A stretch of DNA of 32,000 nt, taken from NCBI RefSeq assembly GCF_002156965.1, contig NZ_CP021324.1, positions 126,988 through 158,987 on the forward strand. Reading direction: 5' to 3'. The stretch comes from Candidatus Nitrosomarinus catalinensis (lineage in GTDB: Archaea > Thermoproteota > Nitrososphaeria > Nitrososphaerales > Nitrosopumilaceae). The position numbers and the translations under genes were made by a program. Positions within the stretch are counted from its first letter, which is position 1. Each line of letters opens with the position of its first letter. The notes beneath the pieces are model-generated. The model did not search any database. It was given only the letters and a program-made list of their open reading frames with translations, and was not told the origin of the DNA. This document shows positions 13,990-22,406 of this stretch, piece by piece.

Positions 13990-15984
13990 TTATGGTTGAC
14001 ATAATTGAACAAAAATAAATTCTATTGGATTTAAAATTTCTGAATTATATTCCCTAATTTCTCTTAACATTTTATTCAAGATTTTACTTATAAGATTATC
14101 ACCAATGCATGAATCTGTTACTGTATTTTTCATTATTTCTGTATTCGTGAAATTTGAACTATATGGAATACTTCCTTTAAAGTTAGAATTTGAAATTTTT
14201 GAATTTGAAAAATCCACGTACGTCATAATCCCTTTTTGTAAATTACTTTCATCTATTTCCATGGAAATCATTTTTGCATGTGAAAAATCCGTCTTTGATA
14301 AATTTAATTGAGACCATTTTGCATTATTTACTTTAGAATAGCGTAAATCTACTTCAATTAAATCTGAATCCAATATTATTGAATTTTTTAAATTTGAATG
14401 GTAAAGTGTACTTTGGCTAAAATTTGTATTTTTAATTATAATATTTTCAAAGTTTGATCCTCTGATAATTGTTTTTTCAAAGTTTGAATCATGAATACTA
14501 GAATTCATAAAACTACTATATCTTAATTCGGCATTTTCAAAGTTTGAATCATGAATTTCAGTATTATCTAAATTCACATTAACTAAATTTGTATTTTTAA
14601 ATTTGGAGTTACTAATTTTTGAATTTGAAAAATCCACATTTGTTAGTCTAGAATTGTCAAAGTTTACATTTTCAATATATGTTGATGATAAATTTGCAAA
14701 TGCAAGATCTACATTACTAAAATCAAGATCTGTTAAATTACAACCAGATAAATTTATTCTGGGTGATGGTTCAGCATTACAATCGTTATTTGATATATTA
14801 TCTAAAATAATATTGTTAGGTAAAATTCGATAAATTTTTCCATCAATTATTGATACAATATACATAAAACCATCTGGACCAAATTCAATATCTGTAATTC
14901 CTCTAAATCCCATTCCAAATGTAATTTCATTTAGAGAATCACCACCGTTTGCAACAAAGTCTTTCAATTGTGGATTTTTAAAAACAAATCCAGTTCTATC
15001 TTCATTTAATTTGAATTCATAAATAAATCCGTTTAAAAAATCACCTACAAAAACTGATTCTTTATAATTACTAAATAATAAATTTGAAGGGAATGCTATT
15101 GCCGTTGGAGATACTGTAAGTTCCCAACTAAATTCTGGATCACTATATTTGTAATCTTTAAACTGCGGTAACTTTTTTATTTCATTAGATTGTGCTGGTC
15201 CCGTAATTGGATCCCATCCACTGTTGAATTTATGTTCTACCAAATTTATTTCATCAAACATTTTATCATTATTTTCAGTATCCCACAATTCTCCAGTAAC
15301 TGGATCAATGGCTATTCCAAAACTATTTCTAATTCCAATTGCATAATATGGATCATTTGAATTAACATCAAAAATTATACTTGTATTATTTGAAAATCCT
15401 GTATGAAAATTTTGCAATATTCCTTTTTCGTCTGCATCTCCAATAATTGCATAAATTTTATTATCTAATCCTTTTGCAAACACTCCTGCATTATGAACAC
15501 CTCTATCTCCAAATGGTAGATTCTTTATTAAAGAAAAATCTTCTAATTTTTCTCCACTCCAATTTGCTTTATAGATACGATTTCCAATTACTGAATTTGA
15601 TATGGGATCTTTTTCTGTTAGAAAAAAATACACTGTCGATTCTGAAGAAATAACTCCTAGTAGTCCTCTTTCTGCTATATTACTCACATTAAACTTTTTT
15701 ATTGGTTCATCTTGTAATACTCCATTTTTGATTAATCTAACATTACCTGAATTTTTTTCTAAAATTATGATATCTTCTCCCACAAAAGTCATTGTAGTTG
15801 GCCATTCTAATCCTTCAACATATTCTTCAACTACAAAATTTGCATCTTTCACTATTGGAAAATCTTTATTTTGGATTAATTGATAATCTGATTCTTGTGC
15901 TGGATTTTCCTCACTAAATACTGGGGAAATTAATGTAGTTACTAATACAATTGAAATAATAAATGTAAAATATTTCATATTCAA
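13990..15984 (-). CDS. Secreted protein: signal peptide, then a glucose/sorbosone-dehydrogenase-like (GSDH) beta-propeller, then a roughly 215-aa pentapeptide-repeat domain
   Basis: The N-terminus MNMKYFTFIISIVLVTTLISPVFSEE looks like a signal peptide. GSDH-like motifs are present: GLEWPTTMTF, ERGLLGV, YAIGIRNSFGIAIDPVTGELWDTEN, FDEINLV..FNSGW and FGPDGFMYIV. The C-terminal half is continuous A(D/N)LxX-type pentapeptides (NLSGCNLTDLDFSNVDLAFANLSS...). Confidence 0.8.
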   Translation of the reverse strand: MNMKYFTFIISIVLVTTLISPVFSEENPAQESDYQLIQNKDFPIVKDANFVVEEYVEGLEWPTTMTFVGEDIIILEKNSGNVRLIKNGVLQDEPIKKFNVSNIAERGLLGVISSESTVYFFLTEKDPISNSVIGNRIYKANWSGEKLEDFSLIKNLPFGDRGVHNAGVFAKGLDNKIYAIIGDADEKGILQNFHTGFSNNTSIIFDVNSNDPYYAIGIRNSFGIAIDPVTGELWDTENNDKMFDEINLVEHKFNSGWDPITGPAQSNEIKKLPQFKDYKYSDPEFSWELTVSPTAIAFPSNLLFSNYKESVFVGDFLNGFIYEFKLNEDRTGFVFKNPQLKDFVANGGDSLNEITFGMGFRGITDIEFGPDGFMYIVSIIDGKIYRILPNNIILDNISNNDCNAEPSPRINLSGCNLTDLDFSNVDLAFANLSSTYIENVNFDNSRLTNVDFSNSKISNSKFKNTNLVNVNLDNTEIHDSNFENAELRYSSFMNSSIHDSNFEKTIIRGSNFENIIIKNTNFSQSTLYHSNLKNSIILDSDLIEVDLRYSKVNNAKWSQLNLSKTDFSHAKMISMEIDESNLQKGIMTYVDFSNSKISNSNFKGSIPYSSNFTNTEIMKNTVTDSCIGDNLISKILNKMLREIREYNSEILNPIEFIFVQLCQP
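14125..14765 (-). repeat. Coding tandem repeat (pentapeptide-repeat array) with exact internal DNA duplications
   Basis: An exact 23-mer TTTTCAAAGTTTGAATCATGAAT occurs at 14474-14496 and 14534-14556 (60-nt offset, or 4 pentapeptides). An exact 24-mer AATTTTTGAATTTGAAAAATCCAC occurs at 14194-14217 and 14614-14637 (420-nt offset). Confidence 0.85.
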
Positions 15985-16058
15985 TGAATTTCTATATTTC
16001 CATCCATTTAAAAATCTAAAATTTATTAAGGCTTGTTTAAAATATATTCAATTCTCAC

Positions 16059-17066
16059 TTATAACCTATTTTTTATAAAATCAATTGCATCTACTGGACT
16101 TGGATTTACCTTATCTAATATTGATTTGTAAATTGAAACATAGTCACAAAAGTATATCATATTAATTAATTTTGATAAAATATTTCCGTAATCTGATTCA
16201 ATTTTATAATATTCAATTTCTTTTTGATCAAAAAATTCTTCAATAATTTTCCATCTTTCTTTTGTCTTGATATAATCATCTTTACCTTGAATTAAAATTG
16301 GCTTAAATTCTGTTTCTTTTTTCCATGAAACAATTCCATTATGACATGCTTCAATAATATCTTCTGCAGATGCATGAATTTTTGAATTTTCCTGTAAGGA
16401 ATTTTTAAATCTTATGGCAACAGGTTCCAAACCCCATGGATAATAAATTAAAGGACTCTTATCGATCCATTTTGCTAACGATATTGCAGAATTTTCTTTT
16501 GTTAAATTAAGTGATGAAATTTTTTTATTTTGTATTGTTAATTTTTTTATTGCATTTTCAACATCTTCATTCTTAATTAATAAAAATGGTTGTAAAATTT
16601 TAATAATTCCAAATAAAAATGCTGGAAATGATGCACGAGGAGAATGTTTCATTTCAATTTTTTTGTGAGTAATTTTATTTTCAAAACAAAATTTTTCCAT
16701 TTTACCCCCTCCTGAAAATGCAATAATTTTTGAAGATGATTTCATTGCATGTTTTAGAACAATTAAACTCTCTTCAGTATTTCCTGAAACACTAGTAATT
16801 ACAGTCAAACTTTTTGAATTTACTGTTTGTGGAAGTAAATACCCTTTTACAACATCAACATGAATATTTGTTTTCGATAAAATTGCTGAAAATATATCTC
16901 CAATTGCTCCAGAACCTCCCATTCCTGCAAAAACTACATGTGAAATTTCTCCAAACTCTATATCTGCGATTTGTTTTTCATACTCATTTTTTGCCATTTT
17001 TGGCCATAAATCATATGTTTCATACATTTTTTTTGTATCATATTTTTGAATTGTTGAAATATCCAA
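16059..17066 (-). CDS. Archaeal bifunctional phosphoglucose/phosphomannose isomerase (SIS domain)
   Basis: FAGMGGSGAIGD, ITSVSGNTEE and a C-terminal PGI/PMI-type domain are present. The 335 aa size is typical of the crenarchaeal-type PGI/PMI family. Confidence 0.75.
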   Translation of the reverse strand: MDISTIQKYDTKKMYETYDLWPKMAKNEYEKQIADIEFGEISHVVFAGMGGSGAIGDIFSAILSKTNIHVDVVKGYLLPQTVNSKSLTVITSVSGNTEESLIVLKHAMKSSSKIIAFSGGGKMEKFCFENKITHKKIEMKHSPRASFPAFLFGIIKILQPFLLIKNEDVENAIKKLTIQNKKISSLNLTKENSAISLAKWIDKSPLIYYPWGLEPVAIRFKNSLQENSKIHASAEDIIEACHNGIVSWKKETEFKPILIQGKDDYIKTKERWKIIEEFFDQKEIEYYKIESDYGNILSKLINMIYFCDYVSIYKSILDKVNPSPVDAIDFIKNRL

Positions 17067-17152
17067 TTATTTTAATTAAACATCTACAATAAAATATCTA
17101 TCTACAAAATACTATCAGTTGATTTTTAAAAACCTTATTTTTTTGATATTGT

Positions 17153-18199
17153 ATGGAAAATGTAACTGATTTACGAACTGTAGAATGGAAAAATAATAAA
17201 GTAATAATGATCGAACAAACAAAACTCCCTAACGAATTAATTTTTGTAGAATATGATGATTTTAATCAAGTTGCAAATGCCATTAAGACTTTGATAGTTA
17301 GAGGAGCTCCTGCAATTGGTGTCTCTGGTGCATTTGGATTAGGATTAGCAGCTTTACAAAGTAAAGCAACTACAAAAGAACAATTATTATCTGATTTAGA
17401 AGATGCAAGAAAAATCCTTTTTGCAACTAGACCAACTGCCGTAAATTTGGGTTGGGGATTAGAAAAAATTATGAATGTTGCAAAAATTGGAGAAACTGCA
17501 GAACAAATTCGTGAATTAGTAATTTCTACTGCTAAAAAAATGGCTGATGAAGATATTGAAATCAACAAGTCAATGGGGAAAAATGGCTCTGTACTTTTTG
17601 ATGATAATGATACTATAATGACTCATTGTAACGCAGGTGCATTAGCTACTGTTGCATATGGAACTGCATTAGGTGTTATTAGAGCAACTAGAGAAAGTGG
17701 AAAAAATGTTAAAGTAATTGCAACTGAAACAAGACCAATTCAACAAGGTTCGCGATTGACTGCATTTGAATTAAAACATGATGGATTTGATGTTAGTTTA
17801 GTTCCTGATACTGCAGTTGGCTACTCAATGGCAAATGGATTGGTAAACAAAGTTGTAGTTGGTGCTGATAGAATTGTAAAAACTGGTCATGTTTTTAATA
17901 AAATTGGAACATATCAGGTAGCAACAATGGCAAAACAACATGGGATTCCATTTTATGTTGCAGCTCCATTATCCACAATAGACATGGAAACAAAAGCTGA
18001 AGATGTAATTATTGAAATGAGAAAAGGAAGTGAGGTTACTGGAATTGGTGATAAAAAAACTGCTCCTGATGATATTGGAGTAATTAATCCTGCATTTGAT
18101 ATGACTCCTCCTGAATTAATTGCTGGAATTATTACTGAAAAAGGCGTGGCTACCGCACCATTTGAAGAATCTCTAACAAAATTATTCCAAGCTAATTAA
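17153..18199 (+). CDS. mtnA: eIF-2B alpha/beta/delta-like isomerase, MtnA type (S-methyl-5-thioribose-1-phosphate isomerase family)
   Basis: Motifs LIVRGAPAIGV, TRPTAVNL, THCNAGALAT, ETRPIQQGSRLTAFEL and GADRIV..G.VFNKIGTYQVA are present. Confidence 0.75.
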   Translation: MENVTDLRTVEWKNNKVIMIEQTKLPNELIFVEYDDFNQVANAIKTLIVRGAPAIGVSGAFGLGLAALQSKATTKEQLLSDLEDARKILFATRPTAVNLGWGLEKIMNVAKIGETAEQIRELVISTAKKMADEDIEINKSMGKNGSVLFDDNDTIMTHCNAGALATVAYGTALGVIRATRESGKNVKVIATETRPIQQGSRLTAFELKHDGFDVSLVPDTAVGYSMANGLVNKVVVGADRIVKTGHVFNKIGTYQVATMAKQHGIPFYVAAPLSTIDMETKAEDVIIEMRKGSEVTGIGDKKTAPDDIGVINPAFDMTPPELIAGIITEKGVATAPFEESLTKLFQAN

Positions 18200-18238
18200 T
18201 ACAAAGTTTTTATTGTTTTTCAAATTTTAGTATAAAAT

Positions 18239-18880
18239 ATGAGTACAGTCTCTCCTAACGCAATCGAAGAATCTTTGAAACAATGTATGGATCCTGAAGT
18301 TCCTTTAAACATTGTAGAAATGGGACTGATTTATGGAATTGATGTTAAAGAAAATAATGATGTAGATATCAAAATGACGATGACTACTCAGGGTTGTCCT
18401 TTACATGAAACTTTAGTTGCAGATGCAACAAGATTTGCAAAAAAAGTTCCAGGTGTTAATAATGTCAATATTGAGATCGTATGGGAACCTGCATGGACAA
18501 TGGATAAAATGACTGAAGAAGGAAAACTCAAAATTAAAGAAATGGGAGCTGCAGGATTAAACACTCCCGCACCAATTAATTATGAAACTGCCTTACCTCA
18601 GGGAGTTGGAAAATTAGTACAACAAGAAGATGGTTCAATGGTATTAGCTAATGAACATGAACAAGGATTTATGGTAAATCAGGCAATTGTTGATTTCTGG
18701 AAATCTTGTAATGGTCAACGTAAAGTAACAGATCTTGTAGAAGTTTTTGCTAATCAAACTGGCTTACAAAGAAATCAAGTTGAAAAAGAGGTAATGCAAT
18801 TATTACAACAATTGCGTGATGGTGGATTAATTGCGATTGCAGGGCAACCAGATCAACCAAATGTTGAATTTAAAAAATAA
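18239..18880 (+). CDS. Fusion protein: N-terminal DUF59/MIP18 (SufT/PaaD-like Fe-S assembly) domain plus C-terminal PqqD-like (RRE-type) domain
   Basis: The N-domain has DPEVPLNIVEMGLIYGIDV...TMTTQGCPL. The C-domain has FMVNQAIVDFWKSCNGQRKVTDLVEVFANQTGLQRNQVEKEVMQLLQQLRDGGLI, which has the PqqD family pattern. Confidence 0.7.
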   Translation: MSTVSPNAIEESLKQCMDPEVPLNIVEMGLIYGIDVKENNDVDIKMTMTTQGCPLHETLVADATRFAKKVPGVNNVNIEIVWEPAWTMDKMTEEGKLKIKEMGAAGLNTPAPINYETALPQGVGKLVQQEDGSMVLANEHEQGFMVNQAIVDFWKSCNGQRKVTDLVEVFANQTGLQRNQVEKEVMQLLQQLRDGGLIAIAGQPDQPNVEFKK

Positions 18881-18925
18881 ATTGTAAGAATTTAGTTTTT
18901 AACTAACTATTATCAAATTATTCTT

Positions 18926-19069
18926 ATGTCTAAAGAAGAACATAATAAAATTGCAAAGGTAGAGAATTTAATTTGGGAAATTGCGCAAACCTTACAACCC
19001 AATTCAATAATTCAACTTGAAAAAATAGAAAAAATTAAAAAAGATTTGTTAAAAACCTTTGATTATTAA
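18926..19069 (+). CDS. Candidate small ORF (47 aa, helical, charged), not in the supplied track
   Basis: ATG at 18926 to TAA at 19067-19069 gives MSKEEHNKIAKVENLIWEIAQTLQPNSIIQLEKIEKIKKDLLKTFDY. It fills the otherwise empty 190-nt gap upstream of the ebo-like operon. No homology was recognised. Confidence 0.25.
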   Translation: MSKEEHNKIAKVENLIWEIAQTLQPNSIIQLEKIEKIKKDLLKTFDY

Positions 19070-19073
19070 TAAA

Positions 19074-19901
19074 ATGAAACTTGGATTTAGTGTAAATGCA
19101 TTTTCTAATTACACTTTATTAGATGCCATTGAAAAAATATCAAAAACTGGATATGATGGGGTTGAAATTGTTCTAGACATACCTCATGTTTTTTTACCTA
19201 TAACTATGGAAAAAATTGCTCAAATTAAACAATCTTTAATTGTAAATAACGTAAATGTAACAAATCTTAATTCTAACACTGTTCTTGGTTGGTCAAAAAA
19301 TTTTTCTGGAGAAAAATTTGAACCATCATTATCAAATACTAATGAAAAATTTCGAAAATGGAGATTAGAATACACTAAACAATCTATCGATCTTGCTGAA
19401 AATCTTAATTGTAAATCTATTTCTATCACATCTGGTATTCAAGATTTAAAAAATTCTCAATTATGTTTAGATCTTTTTTATGATTCTTTAATTCAAATTA
19501 GTCAGTATGCCGAAAAAAAAAATATTTTAATTGGAATTGAATATGAACCTGGTCTTCTAATAGATAATTCTAATAAAGTATGGAATTTAATTTCTAAAGA
19601 TTTTAAAAATCTTGGATTAAATCTTGATACCTGTCACGCTGCAGTTAATGAAGAAAATCTATCTGATATAATTCAAAAGTTTGGTAAAAAAATTATTCAT
19701 ACTCATATTAGTGATTGTAAAAATAACATTCATTATCATTTATTGCCCGGTGAGGGAGAAATTGATTTCAAAAAATTATATGATTCTTTAAATTACATTA
19801 GTTATTCTGGATTTCTTACTGCAGAATTATACACTTATTATCAATCTCCTGAAGATGCCGCGTCAAAGGCTTTTAATTATTTAAAAAATTTAATCAAATA
19901 A
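19074..19901 (+). CDS. Xylose-isomerase-like TIM-barrel protein (sugar phosphate isomerase/epimerase family, EboE-like), copy 1
   Basis: Metal-ligand pattern of the AP-endonuclease-2/xylose-isomerase TIM family: GIEYEPG, NLDTCHA, HTHISD and TAELY. The start is placed at ATG 19074 (MKLGFSVNAF) rather than TTG 19059, by analogy with the paralogue at 20705. Confidence 0.75.
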   Translation: MKLGFSVNAFSNYTLLDAIEKISKTGYDGVEIVLDIPHVFLPITMEKIAQIKQSLIVNNVNVTNLNSNTVLGWSKNFSGEKFEPSLSNTNEKFRKWRLEYTKQSIDLAENLNCKSISITSGIQDLKNSQLCLDLFYDSLIQISQYAEKKNILIGIEYEPGLLIDNSNKVWNLISKDFKNLGLNLDTCHAAVNEENLSDIIQKFGKKIIHTHISDCKNNIHYHLLPGEGEIDFKKLYDSLNYISYSGFLTAELYTYYQSPEDAASKAFNYLKNLIK

Positions 19902-19902
19902 A

Positions 19903-20703
19903 TTGAAATTCATTGATCCTCATATCCACATGTATTCTAGAACTACTGATGATTATCAAAAAATGGCCTTATCTGGAATTAAAGCAGTAATTGAACCATC
20001 CTTTTGGTTAGGTCAAGAACGTACATCTTATGAAACTTTAAAAGATTATTGGGAATATATTATAACTTTTGAACATAATAGGGCTGCTGAATTTGGTATT
20101 GATCATTATTGTGCAATTTCTATTAACCCAAAAGAAGCAAATAATAAAAAATTTGCAAATGATTCATTAGAAATTATTGAAGATTTTCTTGTTAGGGATA
20201 ATGTAATTGCTTTAGGTGAAATAGGTTTTGATTCAATGACTAAACAGGAAGAAGATATTTTTAGAAAACAACTGATATTGGCTGATAATCTAAAAATTCC
20301 TATTATAATACACACACCACATGTGAATAAACTTGAAGGAACAAAGAAAACTTTTGAAATAATTGATGAATTACAAATCGAACAATCACGAATAATCTTA
20401 GATCATAATAATGAAGAAACTATTGAATTATCTCTTTCATATGATGTTTATTCTGGAATTACTGTTTATCCAAATACAAAATTAAGTCCTTTTCGTGCTG
20501 TAAATATATTAAAAGAATTTGGTACTGATAAAATTTTGATAAATAGTTCTGCAGATTGGGGCGTATCTGATCCATTAAGTGTTCCTAAAACTGCTCTTGA
20601 AATGAATTCAAATGGATTCAGTGAAAAAGAAATTGAAAAAGTTTTGTTTTTAAATCCAAATACTTTTTTTAAACAATCTAAAAATTACCGTTCTCTTGAA
20701 TAA
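19903..20703 (+). CDS. TatD-family metal-dependent hydrolase (EboB-like)
   Basis: The N-terminal FIDPHIHM gives the HxH motif. ALGEIGFD, IIIHTPH and ILINSSADWG are present. The TTG start is 1 nt after the preceding stop. Confidence 0.75.
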   Translation: MKFIDPHIHMYSRTTDDYQKMALSGIKAVIEPSFWLGQERTSYETLKDYWEYIITFEHNRAAEFGIDHYCAISINPKEANNKKFANDSLEIIEDFLVRDNVIALGEIGFDSMTKQEEDIFRKQLILADNLKIPIIIHTPHVNKLEGTKKTFEIIDELQIEQSRIILDHNNEETIELSLSYDVYSGITVYPNTKLSPFRAVNILKEFGTDKILINSSADWGVSDPLSVPKTALEMNSNGFSEKEIEKVLFLNPNTFFKQSKNYRSLE

Positions 20704-20704
20704 A

Positions 20705-21532
20705 ATGAAACTTGCATTTAGCTCAAATGCATATAGAAATTATTCCATTGAAGACTGTATTGATTCAATTCATTTTGCTGGTTATGATTCAATAGAAATT
20801 ATGTGTGATGTGCCTCATGCTTTTCCTCCTCTTCCCAATGAAAAAATTCAATCAATTCATAATTCTCTTAAAAAAAATTCTATGTCTATTTCAAATCTAA
20901 ATGGATTTATGATGACTGCTATAGATGATTTTCATCATCCATCTTGGATTGAAGAATCCAAAACATATAGACAAAAAAGAATAGATCATACTAAAAATTG
21001 TTTATACTTAGCTAGTTTACTGGGTGCAAAATCTGTTTCTACAGAACCTGGTGGTCCTAAAACAAATCAATCATCTGAAAAAGAATTAGAAATTTTTCAA
21101 GAGGGTTTACTTGAAGTTCTACCTTTAGCTGAAGATTTGGGTGTCCATTTACTTATAGAACCTGAACCTGAATTATTAATAGAAAATTCAAGTCAATTTG
21201 TTAGATTTATTGAAAAGTTCGATTCAAAATATTTAGGGTTAAATTTTGATATCGGACATTTTTTTTGTGTAAATGAAGATCCTGAAAAATTAATTATTAA
21301 TTTACATGATTACATCAAGCATATTCATTTAGAAGATATTGCATATTCAAAAAAACATCATCATTTAATTCCTGGTCATGGCGCAATTGATTTTAAAAAA
21401 TTTTTTACTTCATTAAATTCTATTAATTATACTGGATATGTTACGGTTGAACTTTATCCTTATCAAAATAATCCTCAAGATGCAGCAATAGAATCTATGA
21501 CCTATCTAAAATCTTTAATTGAAAATGTTTAA
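20705..21532 (+). CDS. Xylose-isomerase-like TIM-barrel protein (EboE-like), copy 2
   Basis: LLIEPEPE, NFDIGHF, HIHLEDI and TVELY are present. It is the same length (275 aa) and architecture as 19074-19901. Both share the start context AATAAAATGAAACTTG.ATTTAG. Confidence 0.75.
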   Translation: MKLAFSSNAYRNYSIEDCIDSIHFAGYDSIEIMCDVPHAFPPLPNEKIQSIHNSLKKNSMSISNLNGFMMTAIDDFHHPSWIEESKTYRQKRIDHTKNCLYLASLLGAKSVSTEPGGPKTNQSSEKELEIFQEGLLEVLPLAEDLGVHLLIEPEPELLIENSSQFVRFIEKFDSKYLGLNFDIGHFFCVNEDPEKLIINLHDYIKHIHLEDIAYSKKHHHLIPGHGAIDFKKFFTSLNSINYTGYVTVELYPYQNNPQDAAIESMTYLKSLIENV

Positions 21533-22364
21533 GGAATATTTACAACTGATAAGACTTCCTGGTATTTTTACAGCATTTAGTAATGTTTTGGTAGGTTACT
21601 TTTTTTCATTCACATTTAATTCTGAAATATTTCTTTTACCCTATCTTCTTACTACTTCAGGCATGTTATTTTGTTCAGGCATGATTTTTAATGATTATTT
21701 TGATTATGATCTTGATAAAAAAGAAAGATCATTAAGGCCTTTAGCTTCAGGAAAAATTTCAAAAAAAAATGCATTATTAATTGGATTCATTTTTCTCATA
21801 ATGGCAAATATTTCTGCTTCATTTCTTGGATTTGACTCATTAATTATTTCATTAATTTTAACATGTGCAATATTATTTTATAATTTTAAATTAAAATCTA
21901 TTTCATTCTTAGGGATTATTAATTTATCAATAATTAGAATGTTAAATATTTTATTAGGATTCTCAATTATTGGTATTTCTTTTCAATATATTCAATATTT
22001 GATCCCTTTAGGAATTTTTGTCTTTGGAATTAGTATACTTGCTAAAAATGAAGTAAAATCAAATCAAATAATTTATAAAAAATTGAATAAAATTATGATT
22101 ATTACTACTATTGCATGTGTATCTATTTTCGTAGTTAATAATTTTCAATTTGAATCATTACTATTTTTAGGATTATTTTCTTCTTTATCTCTATATTCTT
22201 TGTTTTTTAAAAAAATTCAAAATCAAATTACATTTCAATTACTATTAATTATTTTATTAGATTCTATCATAATTTCATTTTTTGTACCTTTACAATTTCC
22301 TATCTTTGTATCGTTACTAATTTTACCTGCATATGCTATATCAAAAAAATTGTATCTAACATAA
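21519..22364 (+). CDS. UbiA-superfamily membrane prenyltransferase-like protein (EboC-like)
   Basis: It is polytopic and hydrophobic. The first Asp-rich motif and following loop are intact: NDYFDYDLDKKERSLRPLASGKIS. No second DxxxD motif is visible. It overlaps the upstream gene by 14 nt. Confidence 0.75.
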   Translation: MKMFKEYLQLIRLPGIFTAFSNVLVGYFFSFTFNSEIFLLPYLLTTSGMLFCSGMIFNDYFDYDLDKKERSLRPLASGKISKKNALLIGFIFLIMANISASFLGFDSLIISLILTCAILFYNFKLKSISFLGIINLSIIRMLNILLGFSIIGISFQYIQYLIPLGIFVFGISILAKNEVKSNQIIYKKLNKIMIITTIACVSIFVVNNFQFESLLFLGLFSSLSLYSLFFKKIQNQITFQLLLIILLDSIIISFFVPLQFPIFVSLLILPAYAISKKLYLT

Positions 22365-22406
22365 TTGAAATGGGTTTATTTCTATCTAATTTTTATACTA
22401 ATTATG

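Noticed and set aside
14125-14765. Periodic short repeats that might suggest a CRISPR array or satellite
   Set aside because: The repeats are in-frame pentapeptide-repeat codons inside a long ORF. The periodicity is 15 nt and multiples of it, there are no unique spacers, and there are no cas genes.
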